From: a virus
Lineage: Duplodnaviria; Caudoviricetes
Virus record (IMG/VR): IMGVR_UViG_3300032280_000800
Location: 32,001-96,000 of that record
Reading direction: 5' to 3' (one strand)
Length of the DNA stretch: 64,000 nt
Below are positions 10,416-20,190 of this stretch, piece after piece. A program made the position numbers and the translations under genes. Each line of letters begins with the position of its first letter. Within the stretch, counting starts at the first letter, position 1. The notes below the pieces were generated by a model. That model did no database searches. It had not been told where the DNA came from and saw nothing but the letters and a program-made list of their open reading frames with translations.

Positions 10416-11099
10416 ATGCAATACACACACTTAGTTTTAAATCATTTACCAAAATGTGCCGGAAGCAGTTTAAGGCATTCTTTTTATGAAGCTTGCAAAA
10501 ACAATCCATATTTCTCTAAACATAATATTTATATATCTATGTTAACACACGGCAATATAAGTCTACATAGAAATAAAGATTGCATACCGGCAATACACGA
10601 ACAAACTAAGATGTTCATAGATCATAGTACTACAAACTTTATTGAAGATAAATTTTCATTAAACTATGAAAAAACATATAGAATATTTATAATGCGAAAT
10701 CCTATAAAAAGATTTATAAGTCACAGTCTGTTTTTTGAAAAAAAACATCCTAATGATTTGACTAAAGAAGAGTTGGATCGTTTTGTTTTAAAATTTGGAT
10801 TTGTCGGAATAGAGATGCTAACAGATTATTTGCATAAAAAAGAAACTATAGAAAAAAAATTAGAAATTGCAAAAAAAGAAGTCAAAAAGTATAACTTTAT
10901 TTTTTTTCAAGAAACTTTTGAAGAATGTATTAATAATTTTAATGAATTAAATCCATTTTCTTTGAAACTATCAAATATTAAAAACAATTTATCAAATAAT
11001 GATGATGTTAAAATAAAAAAAAATATTGAAAAATATTTAGAAAATAATCTTAAGTTTGAAATAGAACTTTATGAATCTTCTATCTGTAAAAAACTATGA
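10416..11099 (+). CDS. Sulfotransferase family 2-like protein
   Basis: HLPKCAGSS and RNPIKRFIS motifs. Confidence 0.75.
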   Translation: MQYTHLVLNHLPKCAGSSLRHSFYEACKNNPYFSKHNIYISMLTHGNISLHRNKDCIPAIHEQTKMFIDHSTTNFIEDKFSLNYEKTYRIFIMRNPIKRFISHSLFFEKKHPNDLTKEELDRFVLKFGFVGIEMLTDYLHKKETIEKKLEIAKKEVKKYNFIFFQETFEECINNFNELNPFSLKLSNIKNNLSNNDDVKIKKNIEKYLENNLKFEIELYESSICKKL

Positions 11100-12121
11100 T
11101 TTGTAAAAACAAAATGATTAAACAATTATGGAAATATTACAAAAAACTATACGAATCTTGCGATTCAAATTTAAATTTTTTGGAAACAATTAATAAATTT
11201 CCTGATCGTGTTTTAGAAATGGATGAGAGTCTAATAAAACGAGGATTAAACAATAAAGATTTATTGATTAAAGAACATCAATCTGGTAAAGAAGAATTGT
11301 ATACTTTGTTTTTAAAAAATGAACTGAGAACAATCAGGCTTGGAAATATAGAATCTAGGTTTTTAATCAAACAAGCGTTCGATAAAGACACGATAGGAGA
11401 TTTTGAAAAACTCAAAGATAAAAATGATGATTTCAGAATGAGGAATAATGCAGGTCTTTATTACAATGAAGTCTACGATAGTCAAAATGTTCATAAATGG
11501 TGGTGCGATAATACACTTGATTTTATACAAAATCCCAATACGACTTTAACATCTTGTTTCTTATTCCTTTATAGTGATTTATACTTATTTTCATTGCTAG
11601 ATATAAAAAGGAGTATTATAAATTTTAGTTTTTTAGTGGATTTAATAACTCTATTTGAATCTAAGAAAGTTCTTGTTGTTTCCAATGGAGCCGAGTCAAT
11701 GAAAAAATCTTTTGACATGGGGCTTCAAAGAGCCTACAAACAAAAGATACCCAAATTTAAATTGTATTGTCTAGAGAGTCCTCAAACTACAATAGGAATG
11801 CCATATCCTCAAAAAAATAGCATTGAAACAACAAGACTCATTTTAGATGAAATTGATCAAAAATATGGAGATTTTGACGTTGCTTTGTTAGCTTGTGGTT
11901 GTTATGGACCACCAATAAGCAATTCACTAGCTAAAAAATATCCCAATAAAAATATCATCTACATGGGAAGTATGTTATACACAATGTTTGCGCTTTATTC
12001 TCACGGTATTCAGAAACCCGTATTTAATACCAAATTGTTCAACACAGATGGTTTCATGAAAATTCCCAAAAAATGCCCAGAAGTGTGTAAAAAGATTGAC
12101 AACGGAAAATATTGGTCTTAA
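11096..12121 (+). CDS. Hypothetical glycan-related protein, possible GT-D-like fold
   Basis: IRLGNIE, KKVLVVS, FDVALLACGCYG..I, IYMG pattern. Confidence 0.45.
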   Translation: MICKNKMIKQLWKYYKKLYESCDSNLNFLETINKFPDRVLEMDESLIKRGLNNKDLLIKEHQSGKEELYTLFLKNELRTIRLGNIESRFLIKQAFDKDTIGDFEKLKDKNDDFRMRNNAGLYYNEVYDSQNVHKWWCDNTLDFIQNPNTTLTSCFLFLYSDLYLFSLLDIKRSIINFSFLVDLITLFESKKVLVVSNGAESMKKSFDMGLQRAYKQKIPKFKLYCLESPQTTIGMPYPQKNSIETTRLILDEIDQKYGDFDVALLACGCYGPPISNSLAKKYPNKNIIYMGSMLYTMFALYSHGIQKPVFNTKLFNTDGFMKIPKKCPEVCKKIDNGKYWS

Positions 12122-14286
12122 ATCGTATTTTTTATCATTTCTGCTGCATACTTTTCATAAGATAAAAGATTGTTTATTATCATATTGGTTCTGTTCTCTG
12201 TAGATGTGCCTAGTCCTTCTAAAATTGGGTTATAGAAAACAGGATTTGAAAACTGTAGATTTAGTATGTTCCTATGATATATTCTCAAGTTTTCAAATAC
12301 AGGAATCCAATTAAACTGAAATCCTGATCGTATGAATTTGTCAATTGAATCAACTAATTCCTTAGGATTAATGTTGATGCATTCAAAATCCCGTCTAATA
12401 TCATAATTGTAGCAAGGACTCAAATTCAAATGATAATCACCACCGCCACTACCGTGATTTAAATTGTACCAACACCCACTGTTATGATATCTGTGTATTT
12501 TTGTCATAGGATTGATTGGTCCGTATATTATGTAACTTGGAACATTCAACAATTGAGCCACATGAGAAGGGCCAGAGTCAACACCTACAAATAAAAATGC
12601 GTCGTTAATTAATCCAAACATTTCTTCAATAGAACCATTTCTGTGATCATATAAAATATTGCTATCTTTTAGAGACTGAACTGCATTTTCATACTCAACA
12701 CAATTCAACTTTTTAAAGGTTTGTCCTATCAATACAATCTTGTACCCAACAGAAAAATACTTAATTAAATCAATGAGCTTCAATGGATCTGGCATTCTAC
12801 CCTCAAAACCAGATCTTTGAGAGTCCAAATGCAATACGACATATTTTTCTTTTGCAAATTTTTTGCTTACAAAGTCCTTGATATTTTTTTCATCAGTGTC
12901 TAAACTAATTACATTTAGCTTAGATGCAATCATATCCATTGTATGCATGGGATACGAATAATTTAATTGTCCAATGCTATAGATCGAATCATATTGGTCT
13001 ACTTCATAATCTTTTACAATATTAGCGTTTGAAAAAAAGTTGTACAAAAAATGCATTTTTTTTGGAATTGCTATATCAATATTATTTGACTCATGTTGTT
13101 TTATGCAACACGCTACTGGGTAAAAACAATCAACTATATCTCCAAGTCCATCGCAAATAATATTTATAAGCACTTTATTGCTAAATTTTTTTTGATTCGA
13201 AGATAAATGCTTTTTCCACCTACAAAGAAATCTTGATCTGTTTAGTTCTATTATTGAAGATCTTACCTCACTAGGGATTTTTTTTGCACTCGCGCTTCTT
13301 CTATGAACATTGTTTATTTGTATGTTTTCAATGTCAAATCCGATTTGTTTTGCTCTAAGACATAAATCTACATCTTCAAAATAAAAATACTTAAATATCT
13401 TATCGAAGCCTTTTAGTTTTTCAAATACACTTGATCTTACTAAAAGTATGGATCCTTCGCTATAGTCTGGCTCTTTTTTGTAGCTTTTTCCAATATCATT
13501 TCCACAACCAAAATCATTTACATATTGAGGAGATTCCGACGAGCCTATTATTGCGAGGTTGGGGTTTGATTCAAATAGATCCAGAGACTCGCTGATCCAT
13601 TCAAACTCTTCTATTTCAATATCGTCGTTTAAACACAAGAAGAAATCGCTCTCTTGCGATGAAAAATTAGCATTGTGTCCTTCTCCGTACCCCATATTAT
13701 GGTTGTCGTAAAGATACACGTTTAAAGACGCAGATTTAATCTTATCACAAACAGATCTAATTTTTTCGTGATTATAATCAAGGCTATTGTTTCTGATGTG
13801 TAAATTTACGTAACTAAAACCAATATCAAATAAATATGAGCATATTTTACTACAAGTATTTTCAATAAATTTCACAGAATCAGCCTCGGGATAAAAAAGC
13901 AAAACTGATATTGATATTTTGTAGTCTTTAGTAATTTTGTATGGATTGTCTTTAAACCTACTTATTTTTTTCAAAACGGGCTTTTTAAAATTCCTATTTT
14001 CTTTTCTGCCGATGTGCAAGAAATGCTCTGACGCCTTTTGTTCTGTGATTACTCCTGCGTCAATTAAATCTTGATTTAAACTCAAGTAATCTTCCCATTC
14101 GAAGTCTTCTGGTAATTTTTCTTTATTTGTATCGTAATAATCTTTTCCGTAGTTTAAGTAGTGATGATAATATCTCTTCTTTTTGGGAATAGTATCTCCA
14201 TAGTATCCAACAACAGATGGGACTATTTTTTCATACAGTTCTTCGTCAAAATCATCATCTATAACTAAATCATCAAAATTAATCAT
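12118..14286 (-). CDS. Multidomain glycosyltransferase: two repeats + GT2 + GT9 (heptosyltransferase-like)
   Basis: GT2: NMGYGEGHN, LCLNDD, GFD..F..FYFEDVDLCLR; GT9: GLGD, FVGVDSGPSHVA...P..IIYGP. Confidence 0.8.
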   Translation of the reverse strand: MINFDDLVIDDDFDEELYEKIVPSVVGYYGDTIPKKKRYYHHYLNYGKDYYDTNKEKLPEDFEWEDYLSLNQDLIDAGVITEQKASEHFLHIGRKENRNFKKPVLKKISRFKDNPYKITKDYKISISVLLFYPEADSVKFIENTCSKICSYLFDIGFSYVNLHIRNNSLDYNHEKIRSVCDKIKSASLNVYLYDNHNMGYGEGHNANFSSQESDFFLCLNDDIEIEEFEWISESLDLFESNPNLAIIGSSESPQYVNDFGCGNDIGKSYKKEPDYSEGSILLVRSSVFEKLKGFDKIFKYFYFEDVDLCLRAKQIGFDIENIQINNVHRRSASAKKIPSEVRSSIIELNRSRFLCRWKKHLSSNQKKFSNKVLINIICDGLGDIVDCFYPVACCIKQHESNNIDIAIPKKMHFLYNFFSNANIVKDYEVDQYDSIYSIGQLNYSYPMHTMDMIASKLNVISLDTDEKNIKDFVSKKFAKEKYVVLHLDSQRSGFEGRMPDPLKLIDLIKYFSVGYKIVLIGQTFKKLNCVEYENAVQSLKDSNILYDHRNGSIEEMFGLINDAFLFVGVDSGPSHVAQLLNVPSYIIYGPINPMTKIHRYHNSGCWYNLNHGSGGGDYHLNLSPCYNYDIRRDFECININPKELVDSIDKFIRSGFQFNWIPVFENLRIYHRNILNLQFSNPVFYNPILEGLGTSTENRTNMIINNLLSYEKYAAEMIKNTI

Positions 14287-14336
14287 ATTTATCCTTGACT
14301 TTCGGACTAGATATTTATCCTTGACTTTCGGACTAG
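14285..14336. repeat. Perfect 26-bp tandem direct repeat (ATATTTATCCTTGACTTTCGGACTAG x2)
   Basis: Copies at 14285-14310 and 14311-14336, read directly from the sequence. Confidence 0.95.
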
Positions 14337-14352
14337 TTGTTCATATTATAAT
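14321..14352 (+). promoter_or_regulatory. Sigma70-type promoter for 14384
   Basis: TTGACT (14321-26), 17 bp, TATTAT (14344-49); an overlapping TATAAT at 14347-52. Confidence 0.6.
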
Positions 14353-14383
14353 GTAAAATCAGCAAAAAGCAAGGCATGATCAT

Positions 14384-16579
14384 ATGATAAGTCTAGACTG
14401 CGGTTGGTATCACCTAGAATATTTGGGAAGTGAAAGGAGACCATTTGTATGGTCTTGTAACTCTAGCGATATCTCATTAGAACAAAATAATTTCAAGTTC
14501 ATAAAATTGTCCATTTGGAACAATAGCTATCAAAATAAAAATTTGTTGATCTCAATCAGAAAAAATAATCACTTTGAATTATTTCAAAAAATAGAACTAT
14601 TGGCAAAATCTACAAACGAACCCATCGTACCAGTTCACCTTATAAACAAAATACGACTTACGGTAGAAGACTCCACAACAAAAGAAGACACAAGAAGACT
14701 AGGTTTTATGTTAATGTCTATAGATGTTGTGGACGAAAATAAATTAACAATAGAAAACATACCAATAGAAAACACGCTTATTGACATAAGAAAAAAACTG
14801 CTTGAAAACCAAGACGCATATAAAAATCATAAAGGCTCAATCGTTCTTGTTAACCATGTTTCCAATCCCTATGGAGCAACACACTATCTCTTGAATTTGT
14901 TCAAGTTGCTAAAAAACAAAGGCATTAAAGTCTGCTTGTTGGACGAGATAGTAAATGAGAAACTTTACTCAAAATATCAAATAGACACAAAAGATGTCAT
15001 TTCATATGAGCAAGACCTAACGCTCCTCTGTTATATCTACGAAAAAATCAAACCTAAGATTTTCTACTTGAACTCGATCAGAGACATATTCGTCGATTTC
15101 ATCAAACTAAAAAATCCTAATGTAGTAACACACAGTCATGAAATAGCAGACGTATATGGACGATATGACTTATTGCCAACCTATGTTGTATCAAAAAGAA
15201 TACAGAAAGAATTTGAAGACAAATACAACCACAAGCCAGAAATTCAGCCCCCAATATTCTTAAAAGAAGCCCTTGAATTAATAGATGAGGAATTTAGCAA
15301 AGAATTGCCAAAAGTTTCAAATCATAATGGAGACATAGATCTCTCAAAGATAACCATAGGAATGTGCGGACAAACAGAACCCAGAAAGAACCCAAGCCTC
15401 TTCGCAGAAATATCGAAGTTGTACCCGGAATACAACTTTTTATGGGTTGGAGGCGAAGAAGGTTACTTTGCTAAAATAGACAATCTTTACCATGTCCCGG
15501 TGGTTCAGTTGCCATATGTTTATTACAAACTAATGGACTACTTCGTGCTTTTTTCCAAAGAAGATCCTTGTCCATATGTGGTACTTGAAAATTTATACGT
15601 AAACAATAAAGTAATTACATTCAAAGACAACATATATACAGACCATAAGTCTGAGCACACTCAAGACATATATTTTGAATTTGATGGCGAAGTGTCAATT
15701 AAAAATTTGTGCAAGGTAATAAATGGGAGAGTTATCGAAAAAACTAATAGAATTGGAAATGGGAAAAAATATATCATGGATAATTTTACAAAAATTAATC
15801 TGTGCTCAGCCATTCAAGAAAGTAATTCTAAAGAGGATATAGACTATTTTATAGTATGTCACGATCAAGATATCATAATAGATGCTTTGCAAAAAAATAA
15901 ATTCTCTGGACTCCCAAATTACAAGTTTATGTTTGTAGGACATAAACCGACTAATTTAATTGAAAATACAGAAAATGTCATTATTTGCAACAAGCTAGAG
16001 TTCAACATAGAACAATATCCGAAATTGTGCAGCTTCACAGCATGGTATGCCGTGTCTAAAAATGGTCTTTCTAAGAAAAAATATTGCTGTTTATTGGAAT
16101 ATGATGTTGAACTATCTCAAGATTTTCATGAAAAAAACTTAGAAGCTATTTCAAAAGCGGGTGTGTGTTCTTATTTTATAGAACTTATAGATAATCCAGT
16201 ATTCTCTGATGCAACACCTTGGCTTAATGTTTTTTTTAAAAAATACAATATCAATACACCTAAAATATACAAAGAAAAATTTTGGCACTGTACTACTAAT
16301 TTTATAGTAAGAAACGATATTCTTGAAAATTTTAATAATTGGTTTTATGAAATAGCATCAATGTTTAAAGATTGCGATCTTGGAGCATATATGCATGAAA
16401 GAATGATAAATATTTATTGTATACTAAACGAAATCAATATAGAATATATCAAAAATAAATTAAAGCACTTTCAAATGTGCTCTCATCAAAAAGAAGACCT
16501 ATTTATGATTGCTAAAAAATCTAATTTAGATCTCAATGTTGTTCTGAAATCGTACGAAGATAATATATCGAAGCATTAG
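14384..16579 (+). CDS. Multidomain glycosyltransferase: N-terminal beta-sandwich-like domain + GT4 + C-terminal GT-A-like domain
   Basis: GWY..E....W...DTRRLG N-terminal domain; GT4 motifs HSHE, GQTEPRKNP, FLWVGG, SKEDPCPYVVLE; C-terminal LLEYD and MHER. Confidence 0.7.
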   Translation: MISLDCGWYHLEYLGSERRPFVWSCNSSDISLEQNNFKFIKLSIWNNSYQNKNLLISIRKNNHFELFQKIELLAKSTNEPIVPVHLINKIRLTVEDSTTKEDTRRLGFMLMSIDVVDENKLTIENIPIENTLIDIRKKLLENQDAYKNHKGSIVLVNHVSNPYGATHYLLNLFKLLKNKGIKVCLLDEIVNEKLYSKYQIDTKDVISYEQDLTLLCYIYEKIKPKIFYLNSIRDIFVDFIKLKNPNVVTHSHEIADVYGRYDLLPTYVVSKRIQKEFEDKYNHKPEIQPPIFLKEALELIDEEFSKELPKVSNHNGDIDLSKITIGMCGQTEPRKNPSLFAEISKLYPEYNFLWVGGEEGYFAKIDNLYHVPVVQLPYVYYKLMDYFVLFSKEDPCPYVVLENLYVNNKVITFKDNIYTDHKSEHTQDIYFEFDGEVSIKNLCKVINGRVIEKTNRIGNGKKYIMDNFTKINLCSAIQESNSKEDIDYFIVCHDQDIIIDALQKNKFSGLPNYKFMFVGHKPTNLIENTENVIICNKLEFNIEQYPKLCSFTAWYAVSKNGLSKKKYCCLLEYDVELSQDFHEKNLEAISKAGVCSYFIELIDNPVFSDATPWLNVFFKKYNINTPKIYKEKFWHCTTNFIVRNDILENFNNWFYEIASMFKDCDLGAYMHERMINIYCILNEINIEYIKNKLKHFQMCSHQKEDLFMIAKKSNLDLNVVLKSYEDNISKH

Positions 16580-16589
16580 AGATCTTCTC

Positions 16590-16618
16590 TTGACACCATA
16601 GAAGGCATGAGATACAAT
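16590..16618 (+). promoter_or_regulatory. Sigma70-type promoter opening the nucleotide-metabolism block
   Basis: TTGACA (16590-95), 17 bp, TACAAT (16613-18). Confidence 0.75.
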
Positions 16619-16656
16619 ACAGTATCAAATCCCATACAAAAACGTAAATAGTTGCT

Positions 16657-17124
16657 ATGCGACCATCCTGGAATCATTATTTTTTAGGACTAGCCAAGGT
16701 TGTTTCTCAACGTAGTCATGACATACACACCCAACACGGCTGTATCATAACAGATCAACAAAATCGTATACTTGGAGTTGGATACAATGGTTTCCCCAGA
16801 GGTATGGACGACAATCTATTGCCGATAACAAGACCAGAAAAATATCATTGGATGATACACGCAGAACGCAATGCGCTGGCTAATTGTACAATTCGTCCAG
16901 ATCATGGTATTGCCTATGTAACAGGACAAAGTTGTAATGACTGCATCATGTCGTTATGGCAAGAGGGGGTTCATAAGGTTGTAATGTCAAACAGCCACGG
17001 AACAGTTCTTTTTGATCAAGAAGCCAAGCGCAGATTTGATACTTTTGTAGAACAAACAGGTATTGAGATAGTTAGAATAGATTCAGATATGTCTTGGATA
17101 AAAAATATTGTTGATGGTGTATAG
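16657..17124 (+). CDS. dCMP deaminase
   Basis: RPSW..YF, GYNGFPRG, HAERNA, C..C zinc motif. Confidence 0.9.
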   Translation: MRPSWNHYFLGLAKVVSQRSHDIHTQHGCIITDQQNRILGVGYNGFPRGMDDNLLPITRPEKYHWMIHAERNALANCTIRPDHGIAYVTGQSCNDCIMSLWQEGVHKVVMSNSHGTVLFDQEAKRRFDTFVEQTGIEIVRIDSDMSWIKNIVDGV

Positions 17125-17169
17125 TAAGTCATAAAATATAAATCATAATCTTTTACATAGAGTTTTAAA

Positions 17170-17198
17170 TTGACACATATAACTTTTTCTAATACAAA
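17170..17198 (+). promoter_or_regulatory. Possible sigma70-type promoter for nrdJ
   Basis: TTGACA (17170-75), 17 bp, TACAAA; AAGGAG RBS before ATG 17244. Confidence 0.4.
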
Positions 17199-17243
17199 AG
17201 TTTTATCATTCGGAAAAAAGTCAATATAATCTAAGGAGCCCAA

Positions 17244-19436
17244 ATGTCAGCACTTCAAGAATTGCAGAATTATACTTTTGTTAGTAAATATGCCCGTTGG
17301 TTAGAAGATCAAAACAGAAGGGAAACGTGGAAAGAAGCTGTTGACAGAGTTAGAAATATGATGCATACAACGTATGCTGACAAAAATATTACGGCTGATA
17401 TTGATTGGGCTTATGATATAATGTACAAAAAAAAGGTGCTTGGCAGTCAAAGAGCTTTACAGTTTGGTGGAGAGCCTATTCTAAAAAGACATGCCAAAAT
17501 TTATAATTGTACCAGCTCTTATTGTGACAGATTAAGGTTCTTCCAAGAGTGTTTTTGGCTACTGTTGTGTGGCAGTGGCACGGGCTTTAGTGTACAAAAG
17601 CACCATGTTGCAAAACTTCCAAGTCTAGAACATAATCTAACATCGGAAAATGGAACAAAATATTTTGTAGAAGATAGTATTGAGGGCTGGGCTGATGCTC
17701 TTGGAGTATTATTAAGCTCATATTCTAGTAAACCAATAGAAGAATTTAAAGAATATAAGAATGCCCATATTATATTCGATTATTCTAATATACGCAAAAA
17801 AGGCTCTTCTTTAAGTTCTGGTGTTGGTAAAGCTCCTGGTTTTGAACCACTACAAAATGGTTTGGAAAAAATTCGAGCACTACTAGATAGATGTATAGCT
17901 AAAGGTCAGAAAAAATTAAGACCAATTGACGCATATGATATTATTATGCACAGCAGTGATGCCGTATTGTCTGGCGGCGTTCGCAGAAGCGCATCGCTGG
18001 CACTTTTTAGTGCTGATGACGATGAGATGGCAAAAGCTAAGACCGGTAATTGGTATATGGATAACCCACAAAGAGCAAGAAGCAATAATTCGGCATTATT
18101 GCTAAAAGACGATACTTCATTAGAGCAATTCGAAAAACTAATGGCTAGCGTGAAAGAATTTGGTGAGCCAGGATTTATTTGGAGTGATTCCACAGAAATG
18201 ACTTTCAATCCGTGTGTAGAAGTGGGTATGTGGCCTGTGGATGAAGAATCTGGTAAGTCTGGTTGGCAAGGATGTAATTTATCAACAATCAATTGCTCTT
18301 CTGTAGCAGATGAGGCGGATTTTTATGAAAGATGCAAGGCTGCTGCTATTATAGGTACCTTACAGGCTGGTTTTACTAAACTAGATTATCTCGGTAAAAT
18401 TAGTTGTAAAATCTTTGAAAGAGAGGCTCTTTTAGGAGTGTCTCTAACAGGTATTATGGAAAAACACGATATTATTCTAACAGAGAAAATACTAAAGCAA
18501 GGTGCCCAAATAGCCGTGGAGACTAACAAGCAAATTGCCAAAAAAATTGGTATCAATCAAGCCGCCAGAGTAACTTGTTTAAAACCAGAAGGTACTAGTA
18601 GTAGTATGTTAGGTACAAGCTCTGGCATACATCCGCACCACGCTAAACGCTATATAAGGCACGTACAGGCGAATGTTTTAGAGGCACCATACCAACACTT
18701 CAAAAAAGTAAACCCGCAGGCGTGTGAGAAATCCTCATGGTCTGCCAACAATACTGATGAGGTTATTAAATTCCCCATAGAGGTACCAGATGGCGCTAAA
18801 CTAAAGAATCAATTACCAGCAGTAGAAATGTTGTCGATAGTAAAAGAAACACAAAAGAATTGGGTATATTCTGGTAAAAATAGGTCATTGTGTACACAAG
18901 CTTATTTGAGCCATAATGTGAGCAATACTGTTACGGTTAAACCAGACGAATGGGACTCTGTAACAAAATATATCTATGACAATAGAAAGTTTTTTGCCGG
19001 TATTAGCCTAATCCCACAAAGTGGAGATAAAGATTATCCTCAAGCCCCCTTCACTACTGTTTATACAAGTAGGGAGGTGGTGAAGGAATACGGAGATGCT
19101 GCTTTATGGTGTTCTGGTTTAATAGAGTTAGGATTAAATGCCTTTAATAATAATTTATGGGCAGCTTGTGACTATGTTAATCTTAATCAAGCAAAAGATG
19201 CTGATGGAGAAGATAAACTTAGATTCATAACTAAAATGAAGAATTTTGCTGGTAAATATTTTGAGGGAGATGTTAAAAGACTGACATACTGTATGAAAGA
19301 TGTCTATAATTGGAAGTTATATTGTGATTTATATGAAAGTTTCTCGAAAGTAGATTATACACAACTATTTGAGGACGAGGACAATACCATAGGAATAGAA
19401 GAAATTAGTTGTGCCGGTGGCGCGTGTCTGATTTAA
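17244..19436 (+). CDS. nrdJ: Class II (adenosylcobalamin-dependent, RTPR-like) ribonucleotide reductase
   Basis: YNC, G.GTGFSV, GGVRRSA, NPCVE, CNL, TCLKPEGT, C-terminal CAGGAC redox pair; no NrdB in the window. Confidence 0.85.
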   Translation: MSALQELQNYTFVSKYARWLEDQNRRETWKEAVDRVRNMMHTTYADKNITADIDWAYDIMYKKKVLGSQRALQFGGEPILKRHAKIYNCTSSYCDRLRFFQECFWLLLCGSGTGFSVQKHHVAKLPSLEHNLTSENGTKYFVEDSIEGWADALGVLLSSYSSKPIEEFKEYKNAHIIFDYSNIRKKGSSLSSGVGKAPGFEPLQNGLEKIRALLDRCIAKGQKKLRPIDAYDIIMHSSDAVLSGGVRRSASLALFSADDDEMAKAKTGNWYMDNPQRARSNNSALLLKDDTSLEQFEKLMASVKEFGEPGFIWSDSTEMTFNPCVEVGMWPVDEESGKSGWQGCNLSTINCSSVADEADFYERCKAAAIIGTLQAGFTKLDYLGKISCKIFEREALLGVSLTGIMEKHDIILTEKILKQGAQIAVETNKQIAKKIGINQAARVTCLKPEGTSSSMLGTSSGIHPHHAKRYIRHVQANVLEAPYQHFKKVNPQACEKSSWSANNTDEVIKFPIEVPDGAKLKNQLPAVEMLSIVKETQKNWVYSGKNRSLCTQAYLSHNVSNTVTVKPDEWDSVTKYIYDNRKFFAGISLIPQSGDKDYPQAPFTTVYTSREVVKEYGDAALWCSGLIELGLNAFNNNLWAACDYVNLNQAKDADGEDKLRFITKMKNFAGKYFEGDVKRLTYCMKDVYNWKLYCDLYESFSKVDYTQLFEDEDNTIGIEEISCAGGACLI

Positions 19437-19458
19437 CTCTATTCCGAAAGGTAATAAC

Positions 19459-20190
19459 TTGAGAAAAAAAACAACAAAGAAAAACCAGAAAAAAGCTCTA
19501 GATCTAACCAATAATTTAGTGCCAGAAGATCATGTTATTTTTAGTTTTAAGAATAGACTAAAGCCGAAAACACATAACCAAGCAGAATATATAAGAACGG
19601 TTGCAGAAAATACTATTACGTTTTGTCATGGTGTTGCCGGTAGTGGTAAAACGCACATTGCAATAGGTATGGCCTTAGAAGCTTTGTTGAATCAAAAAAT
19701 TGAAAGAATTATAATCACAAGACCAGTATTAGAAGCTGGAGAAAAGCTTGGCTATTTACCAGGAACAGCAGAAGAAAAATTACATCCATATTTATTACCT
19801 ATTTTAGATGAAATTAATTATTTTATAACATCACCATTATATAATAAACTTAAACTTCTAAATAGAATAGAAATAGTTCCGCTAGGACTTATGAGAGGAA
19901 GAAGTTTCCACAAGTGTTTTATTGTTGCTGATGAGTGTCAAAATGCCTCCTACGACCAGTTAAAAATGTTATTAACCAGAATAGGGATGGATAGTAAAAT
20001 GGTATTAACGGGAGATGTCGCACAATCTGATTTACAAAGATCATATCGTGGTGGTTTTGCTACTATGGCACAACTTCTTAGCGAAGTAAACGGCATTGGG
20101 GTTAGTAGATTAGAATATGTTGATATTGTTAGAAATCCTATTATAGCACATATTATATCCAAACTTGATGGTCATGAGCAAAATTCATAA
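19459..20190 (+). CDS. phoH: PhoH-like ATPase
   Basis: GVAGSGKT, ITRP, LGYLPG, MRGRS, DECQN, LTRIG, GDVAQSD, RNP. Confidence 0.95.
   Translation: MRKKTTKKNQKKALDLTNNLVPEDHVIFSFKNRLKPKTHNQAEYIRTVAENTITFCHGVAGSGKTHIAIGMALEALLNQKIERIIITRPVLEAGEKLGYLPGTAEEKLHPYLLPILDEINYFITSPLYNKLKLLNRIEIVPLGLMRGRSFHKCFIVADECQNASYDQLKMLLTRIGMDSKMVLTGDVAQSDLQRSYRGGFATMAQLLSEVNGIGVSRLEYVDIVRNPIIAHIISKLDGHEQNS

Noticed and set aside
17168-17190. NrdR box upstream of nrdJ
   Set aside because: Only a loose partial match in AT-rich sequence, and no second tandem box
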